From: Longimicrobiales bacterium
Lineage (GTDB): Bacteria; Gemmatimonadota; Gemmatimonadetes; Longimicrobiales; Gaopeijiaceae
DNA: 64,000 bases
Direction of reading: 5' to 3'
Assembly: GCA_041690395.1 (NCBI GenBank)
Contig: JAWLHJ010000005.1
Location: 512,001 to 576,000 of the forward strand
Under the pieces are notes generated by a model. It saw only the letters and a list, made by a program, of their open reading frames with translations. It made no database searches and had not been told where the DNA came from. The position numbers and the translations under genes are program-made. Shown one piece after another: positions 1-9,377 of this stretch (position 1 is the first letter of the stretch; every line of letters starts with the position of its first letter).

Positions 1-1657
1 CGGCCGCCCGGACGCGGTCGAGCACCGGCCCAAAGGCGTTCGCCTTCATCGCGTAGAGAACACGGTCGACGCCTTCGATGCCCTTCAGTGCGCGCAGGCG
101 GGCATCGACCGTCTCGAGGTCGTACACGTAGGCACAGAGGTCGTCTCCGAGCCGGGCCACCAGCGCGTCCCGCTTCTCCTCCCACCACCGTGCCGGGCGC
201 CTCGGGAGATCGGCCGCCCCGGGGCGGAGCTGCTCCCAACTCGGTCCGAACACCTCCGGGCTGCCGGCGTCGGCGATGAGCTGCGCATGCAGCAGTCGAA
301 CGAGGCGGTCCGCCTGCTCCTCGTCGACCACCACGGTCAGGTTCAGGTCGCTGGCCGCCTGAGTGACGAGGTGGATCCGCTGCTGCTCGAACACCTCCAG
401 GGCAGGCCCCAGCTTGTGAAGCAGCGCGCGGATGCGCCGTCCGACGAGGCTCACCGCCGCGCAAGGACGGATGACGGACACCTTGCAGAGCCGTCCGAGC
501 TCCTCGGTGAGCTCCTCCATGGCGTCGGTCTCGAGCAGGTTCGCCTCGGCGTCGAGGGAGACCGTGACGTTGGTCTCGGACGTCGACACGAGATCGACCG
601 AGATCCCCAGCCTCCGGAAGACGTCGAACGCCTCGGCCAGGAAGCCGACCTCCTGCCACATCCCGACCGTCTCCATGGAGATCAGCACCACGCCCTTCTT
701 CCGCGAGATCGCCTTGACCTGTGCGGGGCCCTCGGCAGCGCCCCGGCGGATGACGGTGCCCTCCATCTCGGGATTGGGCGTGCTGTAGATGTGGATCGGC
801 ACGGCGTGGTCCCGCAGCGCCGGAATGCAGCGGGGGTGGAGCACCTTGCTTCCCGTCGTGGCGATCTCCTGCGCCTCGCGGTAGTCCAGCTGCCGGAGTA
901 GCCGCGCGGACGGCACCACGCGCGGGTCGGCCGTGAACATGCCGGGCACATCGGTCCAGATCTCGAGGCGCTCGGCCTCGAGCTTGCCGGCGAGGTAGGC
1001 GGCCGCGGTGTCGGAGCCGCCCCGGCCCAGCACGACGGTCTCGCCTTCGGGGTTCCGGGCCGTGAACCCCTGCGTGACCGGCACGCCGGCCACCTGCGCC
1101 AGACGGGCCGCGGTGGCCCGGTCCGGGCCGGAGTTGCATTCGGCCGACAGGTAGGCCGCGCTCTCCGAACCGTCGTCGTCCTCGACGCTGGTGAGCAGCT
1201 CCCGGACGTCGACCCACGTGCCGCCCAGCCCCTTGGCGTTCAGGTACGCCGCGCCGATGCGCGTCGCCATCCGCTCGCCGAACGCCAGGATGCGGGCGCG
1301 GGTCCTGGGGGTGGCCTCGCGCAGGAGCGCGACCCCTTCGGCGAGCTCCCGCAGCTCGCGCCGATCGGGGGCCAGGAGGTCGATCGTCTCGCGCGGCAGG
1401 AAGCCCAGGTCGGCGGCCAGCGCGTCGTGCCGGGCCTCGATCTCCGCCAGGAGCTCCTCGTGGGTGCCTTCGAGCGCACGGGCCGGAAGGGCCTCGAGTA
1501 TGTTCGTGACACCGGCGAGCGCGGAATGGACGACGACCGGACGGAAGCCTTCGTCGAGCCGGGCGCGGACGACGTCGGCGATCGTTTCCCAGTTGTGGGC
1601 GCTCGCGACGGACGTGCCGCCGAACTTCAGGACGAGCCAGGAGGGACGGGAGGTCAT
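1..1657 (-). CDS. lysC-lysA: Bifunctional aspartate kinase / diaminopimelate decarboxylase (truncated at window start)
   Basis: Manual translation from ATG 1657 gives MTSRPSWLVLKFGGTSVAS..., with VLGRGGSDT and EIWTDVPGMFTADPR aspartokinase motifs. The same frame reads ...AYVYDLETV...VLYAMKAN near base 1, the PLP-lysine motif of LysA. Absent from the ORF track because no stop lies in the window. Confidence 0.9.
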   Translation of the reverse strand, partial: MTSRPSWLVLKFGGTSVASAHNWETIADVVRARLDEGFRPVVVHSALAGVTNILEALPARALEGTHEELLAEIEARHDALAADLGFLPRETIDLLAPDRRELRELAEGVALLREATPRTRARILAFGERMATRIGAAYLNAKGLGGTWVDVRELLTSVEDDDGSESAAYLSAECNSGPDRATAARLAQVAGVPVTQGFTARNPEGETVVLGRGGSDTAAAYLAGKLEAERLEIWTDVPGMFTADPRVVPSARLLRQLDYREAQEIATTGSKVLHPRCIPALRDHAVPIHIYSTPNPEMEGTVIRRGAAEGPAQVKAISRKKGVVLISMETVGMWQEVGFLAEAFDVFRRLGISVDLVSTSETNVTVSLDAEANLLETDAMEELTEELGRLCKVSVIRPCAAVSLVGRRIRALLHKLGPALEVFEQQRIHLVTQAASDLNLTVVVDEEQADRLVRLLHAQLIADAGSPEVFGPSWEQLRPGAADLPRRPARWWEEKRDALVARLGDDLCAYVYDLETVDARLRALKGIEGVDRVLYAMKANAFGPVLDRVRAA

Positions 1658-1779
1658 GGGTCGTGGGGCGCGGGATCGTGGAATCGGCGCAGAAAGGTAA
1701 GATCCCGCCCCTGGCGGTGGCATCCCGCTCGACTATATTCGGTTTTTCTTCGGTCTCGCCAAAAGCAAGGAGAACGACC

Positions 1780-2274
1780 ATGACAGGCGCGATGATGTTG
1801 CCCGAGTTCGACCAGGAGTTCGCCGAGACGCGGAAGACGCTGGAGCGCGTGCCGGACGGAAAGTTCGACTGGAAGCCGCACGAGAAGTCCTTCTCGCTCC
1901 GGGACCTGGCCGTGCATCTAGCCAACATCGCCGAGTGGCTTCCCATCACGCTCGAGACGGACGAGCTCGACTTCACGGCCGCCTCGTTCGAGCCCTTCGA
2001 GCCTGGCTCGACCGCCGAGATCCTCGACCGCTTCGACGGCGCGGTGGCGAGCGCGCGCAAGGCGTTGGCCGGCGCGACCCCCGAGCAGCTCTCGGAGACG
2101 TGGACGCTGAAGTCGGACGGCGAGGAGATCTTCACCATGCCGAAGGCGGTCGTGATCCGGAGCTTCGTCTTCAACCACAACATTCACCACCGGGCGCAGC
2201 TGGGCGTCTACCTGCGCCTGCTCGACGTCCCGGTCCCCGGCCCGTACGGGCCGTCGGCGGACGAGAACGGCTGA
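1780..2274 (+). CDS. DinB family protein
   Basis: WKPHEKSFSL..LAVHLA and FNHNIHHRAQLGVYLR His motifs; AAGGAG RBS before ATG 1780. Confidence 0.85.
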   Translation: MTGAMMLPEFDQEFAETRKTLERVPDGKFDWKPHEKSFSLRDLAVHLANIAEWLPITLETDELDFTAASFEPFEPGSTAEILDRFDGAVASARKALAGATPEQLSETWTLKSDGEEIFTMPKAVVIRSFVFNHNIHHRAQLGVYLRLLDVPVPGPYGPSADENG

Positions 2275-2391
2275 CCCGCGGGCGCGACGTGCACTCCCCT
2301 CCTTCAGGGACCTGTTAGCTTTTCGGGGCCTCCGGTGCCCGCGTGTTCGCGCGCGGCACCGGAACTCTCCCGTACCTCCGCACGTCGATCC

Positions 2392-4221
2392 ATGAAGAAT
2401 GTCGCTCGCCGCACGTATGTCCGCCGGCTTCGTCCGCTCGCGCTCGCCTTTCTGCTCGCCGTGGTGGCGGCCGCTCCTTCATCGGCTCAGGTCCACCCAT
2501 TCGAGCTCGATACGCTCCTCGTGACCGGGGCGTCGCGCCTGCCCGGGGGCGCCGTCGGTCGGGTCGTCACGATCGTCGACAGCGAAGCGCTCTCCCGCCA
2601 ACCCGTCAGAAGCGTGTCCGAAGCCATCGGCTGGGCGCTCGGGAGCGATCTGCAGGTCCGCTCTCCCGCCCAGGCCGATCTGTCGCTCCGCGGCGTCTCG
2701 TACGAGGGGGTTCTCGTGCTGGTGGACGGGGTGCGCATGAGCGACCCGCAGACGGGACACTTCGACCTGGATCTCACAGTGCCGCTGGAGCGGGTGGAGC
2801 GGATCGAGGTCCTGCTCGGGCCGGCGTCGGCGCAGTTCGGTGCGGATGCGGTCGGGGGCGTGGTCAACGTGGTCACGCGGAGCGACTGGACGGGCGGTGA
2901 TCTCCGGACCGAGGCCGGGTCCTTCGGTCGTTGGGCGGTCGCGGGCGCGGGCGGGACACGGGCGGGCGAGTGGGACGTGAGCGGTGGCGTGGAGCGGAGC
3001 GAGTCCGACGGCCACCGGGAGGGGACCGACTACGAGATTCTCCTGCTCGACGGCGCGGCCTCGGGACCGGTCGGAGCCGGCCGCGTCGACGTCGCGCTGG
3101 GCCACGGCCGGCGGAACTTCGGCGCGGCCGACTTCTACGGTCCGTTCCCGGCGTACGAGCGGACGCGCACCACCACGGGCTCGGTAGGCTGGAGCGCGAC
3201 GCTCGGCTCGCTCGAGGTGACGCCCCGGGTCACCGCACGCCGGCACACGGACGACTTCATCCTGATCCGCACCGACCCGTCGGTGTACCGGAACAACCAC
3301 GTCTCCGAGCAGCTCGGCGCCGACGTCGCGGCCCGTGCGTCGCTGGGCTCGGACCGTGAGTTGGCCTTCGGTGGCGAATGGATCCGGGAGATGCTCGAGA
3401 GCAACGCGCTCGGGGACCGGAGCCAGGATCGCCTGGCCGCGTTCATGGAGATGACCACCCCGGTGGGCCCGGCCCGCGCGACCGGGGGGGTGCGGGTGGA
3501 TCGGCGCGAAGGCTTCGAGACGTTCGTGTCGCCGTCGCTGTCCCTGTCCGTGCCGGCGGGTGACGGGCTGCGCCTCCGGGGGCAGGTCGGCCGCGCGTTC
3601 CGGACGCCGACGTGGACGGAGCGGTACTACGAGGATCCGGCCAACCTCGGGACTCCGGATCTCGAGGGCGAGAGGTCCTGGTCGGTCGAGGGGGGCTTCG
3701 ACGCCTTCCTGCCGGCCGGCGCCGTCGTGCGCGTGACCGCGTTCCGACGCCAGTCCGACGACCTCATCGACTGGGCCCGCCCGGCCGACGAACCCGATGC
3801 GCGCTGGAGGACCCGGAACGTCGAGTCCGCCACCTTCGACGGCCTCGAGCTCGGTGGCTCGATCGGTTCTCTGCGCTCGGTGCTGGTGTCCGGTTACGCC
3901 ACCTGGCTCGACATCGAGACGTCGGAAGCCGAGGGCTTCGCGTCGAAGTCGACGCTGCGCCCCCTGAGCCGGTCGCTCGGCCTCGCGGTCGAACGGGCGT
4001 TCGGGGACCGGGCGAGGCTCCGTGTCCACGCCCGGGACCAGACGCGGATCGAGGAGGCAGGCGTCTTCCTGCTCGACGCCCGCGTCGGCGTCGACGTGGC
4101 CTTCGGGGAGATCTTCGTCGGTGGGACGAATCTGACCGACTCGGAGTACGCGGATCTCTCCGGGCTGCCGGCCGAGGGGCGCGGGCTGGCGATCGGCGTC
4201 CGGACCCGGTTGGGCGGGTGA
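2392..4221 (+). CDS. TonB-dependent receptor (BtuB-like)
   Basis: Signal peptide, TonB-box-like DTLLVTG, plug motifs LVLVDGVRM and ERIEVLLGPASAQFGADAVGGVVNVVT, barrel motif AFRTPT. Confidence 0.9.
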   Translation: MKNVARRTYVRRLRPLALAFLLAVVAAAPSSAQVHPFELDTLLVTGASRLPGGAVGRVVTIVDSEALSRQPVRSVSEAIGWALGSDLQVRSPAQADLSLRGVSYEGVLVLVDGVRMSDPQTGHFDLDLTVPLERVERIEVLLGPASAQFGADAVGGVVNVVTRSDWTGGDLRTEAGSFGRWAVAGAGGTRAGEWDVSGGVERSESDGHREGTDYEILLLDGAASGPVGAGRVDVALGHGRRNFGAADFYGPFPAYERTRTTTGSVGWSATLGSLEVTPRVTARRHTDDFILIRTDPSVYRNNHVSEQLGADVAARASLGSDRELAFGGEWIREMLESNALGDRSQDRLAAFMEMTTPVGPARATGGVRVDRREGFETFVSPSLSLSVPAGDGLRLRGQVGRAFRTPTWTERYYEDPANLGTPDLEGERSWSVEGGFDAFLPAGAVVRVTAFRRQSDDLIDWARPADEPDARWRTRNVESATFDGLELGGSIGSLRSVLVSGYATWLDIETSEAEGFASKSTLRPLSRSLGLAVERAFGDRARLRVHARDQTRIEEAGVFLLDARVGVDVAFGEIFVGGTNLTDSEYADLSGLPAEGRGLAIGVRTRLGG

Positions 4222-4344
4222 CGGTCGCTCGGCCGTCGTGCTCACACGATACGTGCGCGCTGGGGCGGGTAACCCCTAAGTTGACGTTGTGACGAACCTT
4301 CCCCACCCGCGGAGCCGCCGTCAGGTGGACTTCGCCCCCGGCTC

Positions 4345-6432
4345 ATGACGCAGCGCTCTCCCGAGCGGACCGCGCGCCGCATCGCCCTCTTCCTCTACGC
4401 GCCCGTCGCGGTGGGGTGGATCCTGGCGACCGACCTGCTGGTGGCGCTCTGGAGCGGCGGCATCGACGGAGCGACCCTGCTGAACATGGTCAAAGGGGCC
4501 GCCTTCGTGCTCGTCACGAGCCTGCTGCTCTACGTCCTCATCCGTCGGGAGCTGGCGTCCCGCGAGAAGGGCGACCGCGACCTCCGGACGCTGGCGGAGA
4601 ACGTCCCCGACATGATCTTCCGGCTCCGGATCCGGCCGGAGCCGCGCTTCGAGTACGTGAGCCCCTCTTCGGTCGACATCGGCGGGTACACTCCCCAGGA
4701 ATACTACGACGACGCGGCCGGCGTCCTCGGCACCGTCCATCCCGAGGACCGCGAGCGCCTGCAACAGCTCCTCACGGACGTCGATTCGGAGACCGAGGAC
4801 GCGGAGCTCCGCTGGCTCCACAAGGACGGCCACACGTTCTGGGGCGACATCCGGGTGACGAAGGAGCGCGACGCCGCGGGGCACGTCGTGCGCATCTCGG
4901 GGGTCCTGCGCGACGTGACGCGGCATCGCGAGAGCGAGCGCTTCCGGACGCTGTTGTCGTCCGCGCTGGAGGTGGCCGGCGAGTCGGTCATGATCACGGA
5001 CCGGGACGGGAAGATCGAGTACGTGAACCGGGCGTTCACCGAGATCACCGGTTACCTGCCGGACGACGTGCTCGGGCGGAATCCCAGCATCCTCAAGAGC
5101 GGCGAGCAGGATGCCGCGTTCTATGCGCAGATGTGGAGCACGATCACGTCCGGCCGAACGTTCCGGGGCGTGCTCGTGAACCGCAGGATCGACGGACGGC
5201 TCTTCGAGCAGGCCACCTCCATCACGCCCGTGCGTGGCGAGGATGGCCCGATCGAGCACTTCATCGCCGTGGCCCGGGACATCACGGTCCAGCGTGCGTT
5301 GGAGCGCCGCTTGCGCTTCACCGAGAAGATGGACGCCGTCGGCCAGCTGGCGGCGGGCGTGGCGCACGACTTCCGGAACCTACTGAACGTGGTCCTGGTG
5401 AACGCCGAGCTGTTGCGGGATGACGATGCGTTGGCGGCCGGGCGCGGTGAGCTGGACGAGATCCTGACGGCGACGAAGCGGGGAGCGGATCTCGTCGGTC
5501 GCCTCCTCAGGGTGGCGCGCCAACCCGAGGTGAATTTGCGTCGTGCCGATCTCGGGGCGCTCGTCGGTGAGATGCACGGGATGCTACGTGCGATGCTGCT
5601 CGACTCCATCGACCTGGAGATACGGCGGGGTGAGGAGACCTACACCGTCGACGTCGATCCCGACCTGATCCAGGACGCCCTGCTCAACCTCGTGGCGAAC
5701 TCGGGTCAGGCGATGCCGGACGGCGGGCGCATCGTCGTGGACATCCGTGGTGACTCCGACGGCCCGGATGTGTGGATCGAGGTCCGGGACGACGGGCTCG
5801 GGATGGACGCCGGTACGCTGTCGAGGATCTTCGACCCGTTCTTCACCACGAAGGAGCACGGCACCGGCCTCGGGCTGCCCATGGTCAAGGGAATCGTGGA
5901 ACGACATGGAGGCCTTCTCGACGTGACCAGCGTGCGCGGCGAGGGCACGACCGTGGCGATCCGCCTCCCGAGGTCGACCGGAGCCGACGACCTCGGGCTC
6001 GAGGGGCCGCAGCCGGGTGCGGAGGGTACGGCTTCCGGGGAAGAGGCCCGAGCGGAAGGCCGGCTGCTTCTGGTCGAGGACGACGAGCGCCTGCGGAAGG
6101 CCGCGCATCGCGCCCTCACCCGCCTCGGCTACGATGTCACGACGGCCGAGGACGGGGCCGCGGCGCTCGAGCGGATCGCGGCGGACCCGTCAGCGTGGGA
6201 CCTCGTCATCTCCGACCTCGTGATGCCGCGCATGGGTGGCGACGAGCTGTACGACACCCTGCAGGAGCGGGGGTGGACCGTGCCGTTCCTGTTCATGAGC
6301 GGCCACCCGCCCGAGGCCGTGTCCGAAGGCGAGGGGAGAGGCGCCTACGCCTTCCTGGAGAAGCCCTGGACCCTCGAGACGTTGCGCCAACGGGTGGGAG
6401 ACGCGCTCGACGCCGAGCGGCGGAGCGCCTGA
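4345..6432 (+). CDS. Membrane PAS-PAS hybrid sensor histidine kinase / response regulator
   Basis: Two N-terminal TM helices, two PAS domains, H-box GVAHDFRN, DDGLGM/PFFTTK/GTGLGL boxes, C-terminal receiver (LLVEDD, SDLVMP, KP). Confidence 0.92.
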   Translation: MTQRSPERTARRIALFLYAPVAVGWILATDLLVALWSGGIDGATLLNMVKGAAFVLVTSLLLYVLIRRELASREKGDRDLRTLAENVPDMIFRLRIRPEPRFEYVSPSSVDIGGYTPQEYYDDAAGVLGTVHPEDRERLQQLLTDVDSETEDAELRWLHKDGHTFWGDIRVTKERDAAGHVVRISGVLRDVTRHRESERFRTLLSSALEVAGESVMITDRDGKIEYVNRAFTEITGYLPDDVLGRNPSILKSGEQDAAFYAQMWSTITSGRTFRGVLVNRRIDGRLFEQATSITPVRGEDGPIEHFIAVARDITVQRALERRLRFTEKMDAVGQLAAGVAHDFRNLLNVVLVNAELLRDDDALAAGRGELDEILTATKRGADLVGRLLRVARQPEVNLRRADLGALVGEMHGMLRAMLLDSIDLEIRRGEETYTVDVDPDLIQDALLNLVANSGQAMPDGGRIVVDIRGDSDGPDVWIEVRDDGLGMDAGTLSRIFDPFFTTKEHGTGLGLPMVKGIVERHGGLLDVTSVRGEGTTVAIRLPRSTGADDLGLEGPQPGAEGTASGEEARAEGRLLLVEDDERLRKAAHRALTRLGYDVTTAEDGAAALERIAADPSAWDLVISDLVMPRMGGDELYDTLQERGWTVPFLFMSGHPPEAVSEGEGRGAYAFLEKPWTLETLRQRVGDALDAERRSA

Positions 6433-6446
6433 GCGCGGGAACGCCG

Positions 6447-6478
6447 GAGGGGCCCGAGCCGCCTGGCCCGGGCCCCTC
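6447..6478. terminator. GC-rich hairpin between convergent genes
   Basis: GAGGGGCCCG-A-GCC / GGC-C-CGGGCCCCTC inverted repeat; no clear U-tract. Confidence 0.45.
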
Positions 6479-6527
6479 GTCGTCCCTCTCGTGACCGGTC
6501 CGCGTCAGTTGTCGCGAACCGCGGTGA

Positions 6528-8153
6528 TCAGCGGCTTCCGTCCAGGATCTGAGCCGTCAGCGGCGTCGGCGTCATGATCTTGTAGATCGGAACGAGCGGT
6601 GGGCCCGGATCCTGATTCCCGAACCCGGCGGCCCAATCGGTACCGGGCCGGGGGAGCCAGGCGTCCATCCGGTTCCAGTAGATCACGTTGTCGTCCGTCT
6701 CGACCTCGAGCATGTGCGCGACGAGACGTCCGAGGTTCTGCCCGGTCGGCACGACGTACGTTCCGGCCGGGAAGCTCATCTCACGCGTCAGGACTTCCCC
6801 GACCTCGACGATCGTGACGGCCGCGTGGTTGTACTGCCGCTCGTGGGTGACGCTCCCGACCGTGTAGGCCTGAACGGTCACCTCGGCCGACTCGGTCAGC
6901 CGCTCCACCCGGATGCCCTGCTGGAGGAGCAGGTCGACCGCCGCCTCCGCGTCACGCGGGAGCACGTACGCCCACGGACGGTCGCGGAGCAACGTCGCGA
7001 CCGGCTTCTTCAGGATGCGCGCGTTCGTCACCTGGATCGTATCCAGCCCGCCGTTCGTCTCCTCGACCAGCAGATAGTCGACGGTGTAGTCCTCGTGCTC
7101 GTAGTCCTGACGCACGGCGACCTGGCCGGAAGGCCGGGCGCCCATCTCGACCGTCTCCCGGTTGGCGCGTGCGACCACGTCCATGAGCCGGTCCGGGTTG
7201 CGAGCCGCCCAGTCGACCACCGCGAGGTAGCCCAGGTAGCCTGCCCGCGCGCCCGTCTCCAACTCCTGCCGTGGCGCCTCGAAGAGGATCCCGACGCTGT
7301 TGATCAGCCCGCCGTAGTTGCGGCCGATCCGTGCCTGCCACCCACCGACCCGCCACTCCTCGCGGTCGCCGCCCGTGTAGAACCAACCGAGCATGTCCTC
7401 GCTCTCGAGCATGGCGTCGATCGCGGGGAAGATCTCCTGATCGCACATGCCGGTGATCTCCTGCATGGCGGAGAAGATGCTCGGGCACTGGTAGTTCAGG
7501 TTGTACGGGCGGGAGCCGCCGTTGTGGCCGTCGACGAAGAGGTGCGGACGCCATGCGCCGATGATGTTCTCGACGTAGCTGGCGATCGACGGGTGCTCGA
7601 GCTTGATGTAGTCACGGTTCAGGTCGATGCCCCAGGCGTTGCCGCGCTGACCGTCGAAGCTCGCCTCGAAGCCGTCGGGGTTGATCTGGGGCGCGACCAC
7701 GACCGTCACATCGTCCAGGAGCTCATAGGCGCGCGTGCCCGGCGTGGCGAAGTCCCGCATCAGGACGAGAAGTCCCTCCCGGAATGTGCGCTCGCCGCCG
7801 TGCACGTTGGCCGCGAGCACGAGCACGGGGCGGTCGAGCGCCATGGCCTCCCACGGCTCGGTGACCAGCGGGTTGCCGAAGACCGCGTACGCGAGCTTCC
7901 GCCCCTCCCGCGTCTCGCCGTACGTGCCGAGCGTCATGTTCGGAGCCACTCCGCTCAGCGCCTCGAGGTAATCCCACATCTCGAGATGACGGGTGTGCGC
8001 CGAGAAGCCGTTCAGCTCCGCCGCCGTCTGTGGGTAGCCGGGCGCCGGAGACGTCCAGGTGACCTGAGCGGGAGCGGATGTCGCATATGTGAGCGTCATG
8101 GCGAGGACGAGAGCGAGTGTCCCGACCGCGCCACCGGGTCGTGTGGAGCGCAT
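6528..8153 (-). CDS. Secreted M14 family zinc carboxypeptidase
   Basis: Signal peptide; NVHGGE (HxxE), NPDG, DLNRD and VDGH motifs. Confidence 0.85.
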   Translation of the reverse strand: MRSTRPGGAVGTLALVLAMTLTYATSAPAQVTWTSPAPGYPQTAAELNGFSAHTRHLEMWDYLEALSGVAPNMTLGTYGETREGRKLAYAVFGNPLVTEPWEAMALDRPVLVLAANVHGGERTFREGLLVLMRDFATPGTRAYELLDDVTVVVAPQINPDGFEASFDGQRGNAWGIDLNRDYIKLEHPSIASYVENIIGAWRPHLFVDGHNGGSRPYNLNYQCPSIFSAMQEITGMCDQEIFPAIDAMLESEDMLGWFYTGGDREEWRVGGWQARIGRNYGGLINSVGILFEAPRQELETGARAGYLGYLAVVDWAARNPDRLMDVVARANRETVEMGARPSGQVAVRQDYEHEDYTVDYLLVEETNGGLDTIQVTNARILKKPVATLLRDRPWAYVLPRDAEAAVDLLLQQGIRVERLTESAEVTVQAYTVGSVTHERQYNHAAVTIVEVGEVLTREMSFPAGTYVVPTGQNLGRLVAHMLEVETDDNVIYWNRMDAWLPRPGTDWAAGFGNQDPGPPLVPIYKIMTPTPLTAQILDGSR

Positions 8154-8322
8154 GCCGTGCTTCTCCGTGCGTGAAGGTGAGATCGGCTCGCAAGGTAGGC
8201 TGCGGACACGGGCCGCGTAAGGCCGACTGCGGCGGAGGGTAGGGCCGGGAGCGCCATTCCGGCAGCCTGCTATCTTCCTGGACCGATATCGACTACGACG
8301 CACCCTTCAAGGACGGCAGCGC

Positions 8323-9300
8323 ATGGACGGAGCGATCATCGTACGGAGGCACGGAGGGCCCGAGGTCCTCGAGTGGACGAGCGACGACCCGGGAGCCCCG
8401 GGACCCGGCGAGGTGCTGGTCCGACACACGGCGGTGGGCCTCAACTTCATCGACGTGTACCACCGCACCGGTCTGTACATGCTCGACCTCCCGTTCATCC
8501 CAGGTAGCGAAGGGGCCGGAGTTGTGGAGCGACTCGGCCCCGACGTGGACGGGCTCGAGGTCGGCGACCGGGTGGCCTACACGTCCAACGGGCCGGAGGG
8601 AGCGTACCGCGAGGGGCGGGTGCTGCCGGCCGAGCGCCTGGTGAAGCTGCCGGACGGCATCGACGACGAGACCGCCGCGGCCGTCATGGTGAAGGGGTGC
8701 ACCGTGGAGTATCTGGTCCGGCGCACCTGGCCCGTGAAGGAGGGCGACGTCGTGCTCCTCCATGCGGCCGCGGGCGGCGTGGGGCTCCTGGCGACCCAGT
8801 GGCTGGCCGCCCTCGGCGCCACGGTGATCGGCACGGTCGGTACCGAGGAGAAGGCGCGCCTCGCCGAGGAACAGGGGTGCGCGCATACGATCCTGTACCG
8901 GAGCGAGTCCGTTCCCGAGCGGGTTCGGGAGCTGACCGACGGCCGCGGCGTGGATGTCGTCTACGACTCGGTCGGGAAGGACACCTGGGAAGGCTCGATC
9001 GACTCGCTCCGCCCCCGGGGCATGATGGTGACGTTCGGGAATGCCTCAGGGCCGGTGCCGCCCTTCTCCCCGCTGGTGCTCGCGAAGAAGGGGTCACTGT
9101 TCGTCACGCGCCCCACGCTGCGTGACTACTACCGGACCCGTGAGGAGACGGCCGAGGGGTGCGCCGCGCTCTTCGACGTCATCCTCGCCGGGAAGGTCCG
9201 GCCGCACATCGGGGCGCGCTATCCTCTGAAGGAAGCGGCCGACGCGCACCGGGCGCTCGAGGCAAGGGAGACGGTGGGGTCGACGGTGCTTCTGACCTGA
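8323..9300 (+). CDS. qor: NADPH:quinone oxidoreductase (zeta-crystallin/MDR family)
   Basis: GLNFIDVYHRTG, HAAAGGVG, GVDVVYDSVG, FGNASG and KGSLFVTRPTL motifs. Confidence 0.9.
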   Translation: MDGAIIVRRHGGPEVLEWTSDDPGAPGPGEVLVRHTAVGLNFIDVYHRTGLYMLDLPFIPGSEGAGVVERLGPDVDGLEVGDRVAYTSNGPEGAYREGRVLPAERLVKLPDGIDDETAAAVMVKGCTVEYLVRRTWPVKEGDVVLLHAAAGGVGLLATQWLAALGATVIGTVGTEEKARLAEEQGCAHTILYRSESVPERVRELTDGRGVDVVYDSVGKDTWEGSIDSLRPRGMMVTFGNASGPVPPFSPLVLAKKGSLFVTRPTLRDYYRTREETAEGCAALFDVILAGKVRPHIGARYPLKEAADAHRALEARETVGSTVLLT

Positions 9301-9319
9301 CCGCGGACGTCCCGACGGT

Positions 9320-9351
9320 GGAGCGGCCGGACCCGCGGGCTCGGCCGCTCC
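9320..9351. terminator. Hairpin between convergent genes
   Basis: Perfect 10-bp stem GGAGCGGCCG / CGGCCGCTCC. Confidence 0.45.
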
Positions 9352-9377
9352 GCACCATCGGCACCTCGACCCGTGCT

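Noticed and set aside
2275..2391. Cobalamin riboswitch upstream of the BtuB-like receptor
   Set aside because: The intergenic region is short and lacks the GGGAA and GCCACTG B12-box motifs.
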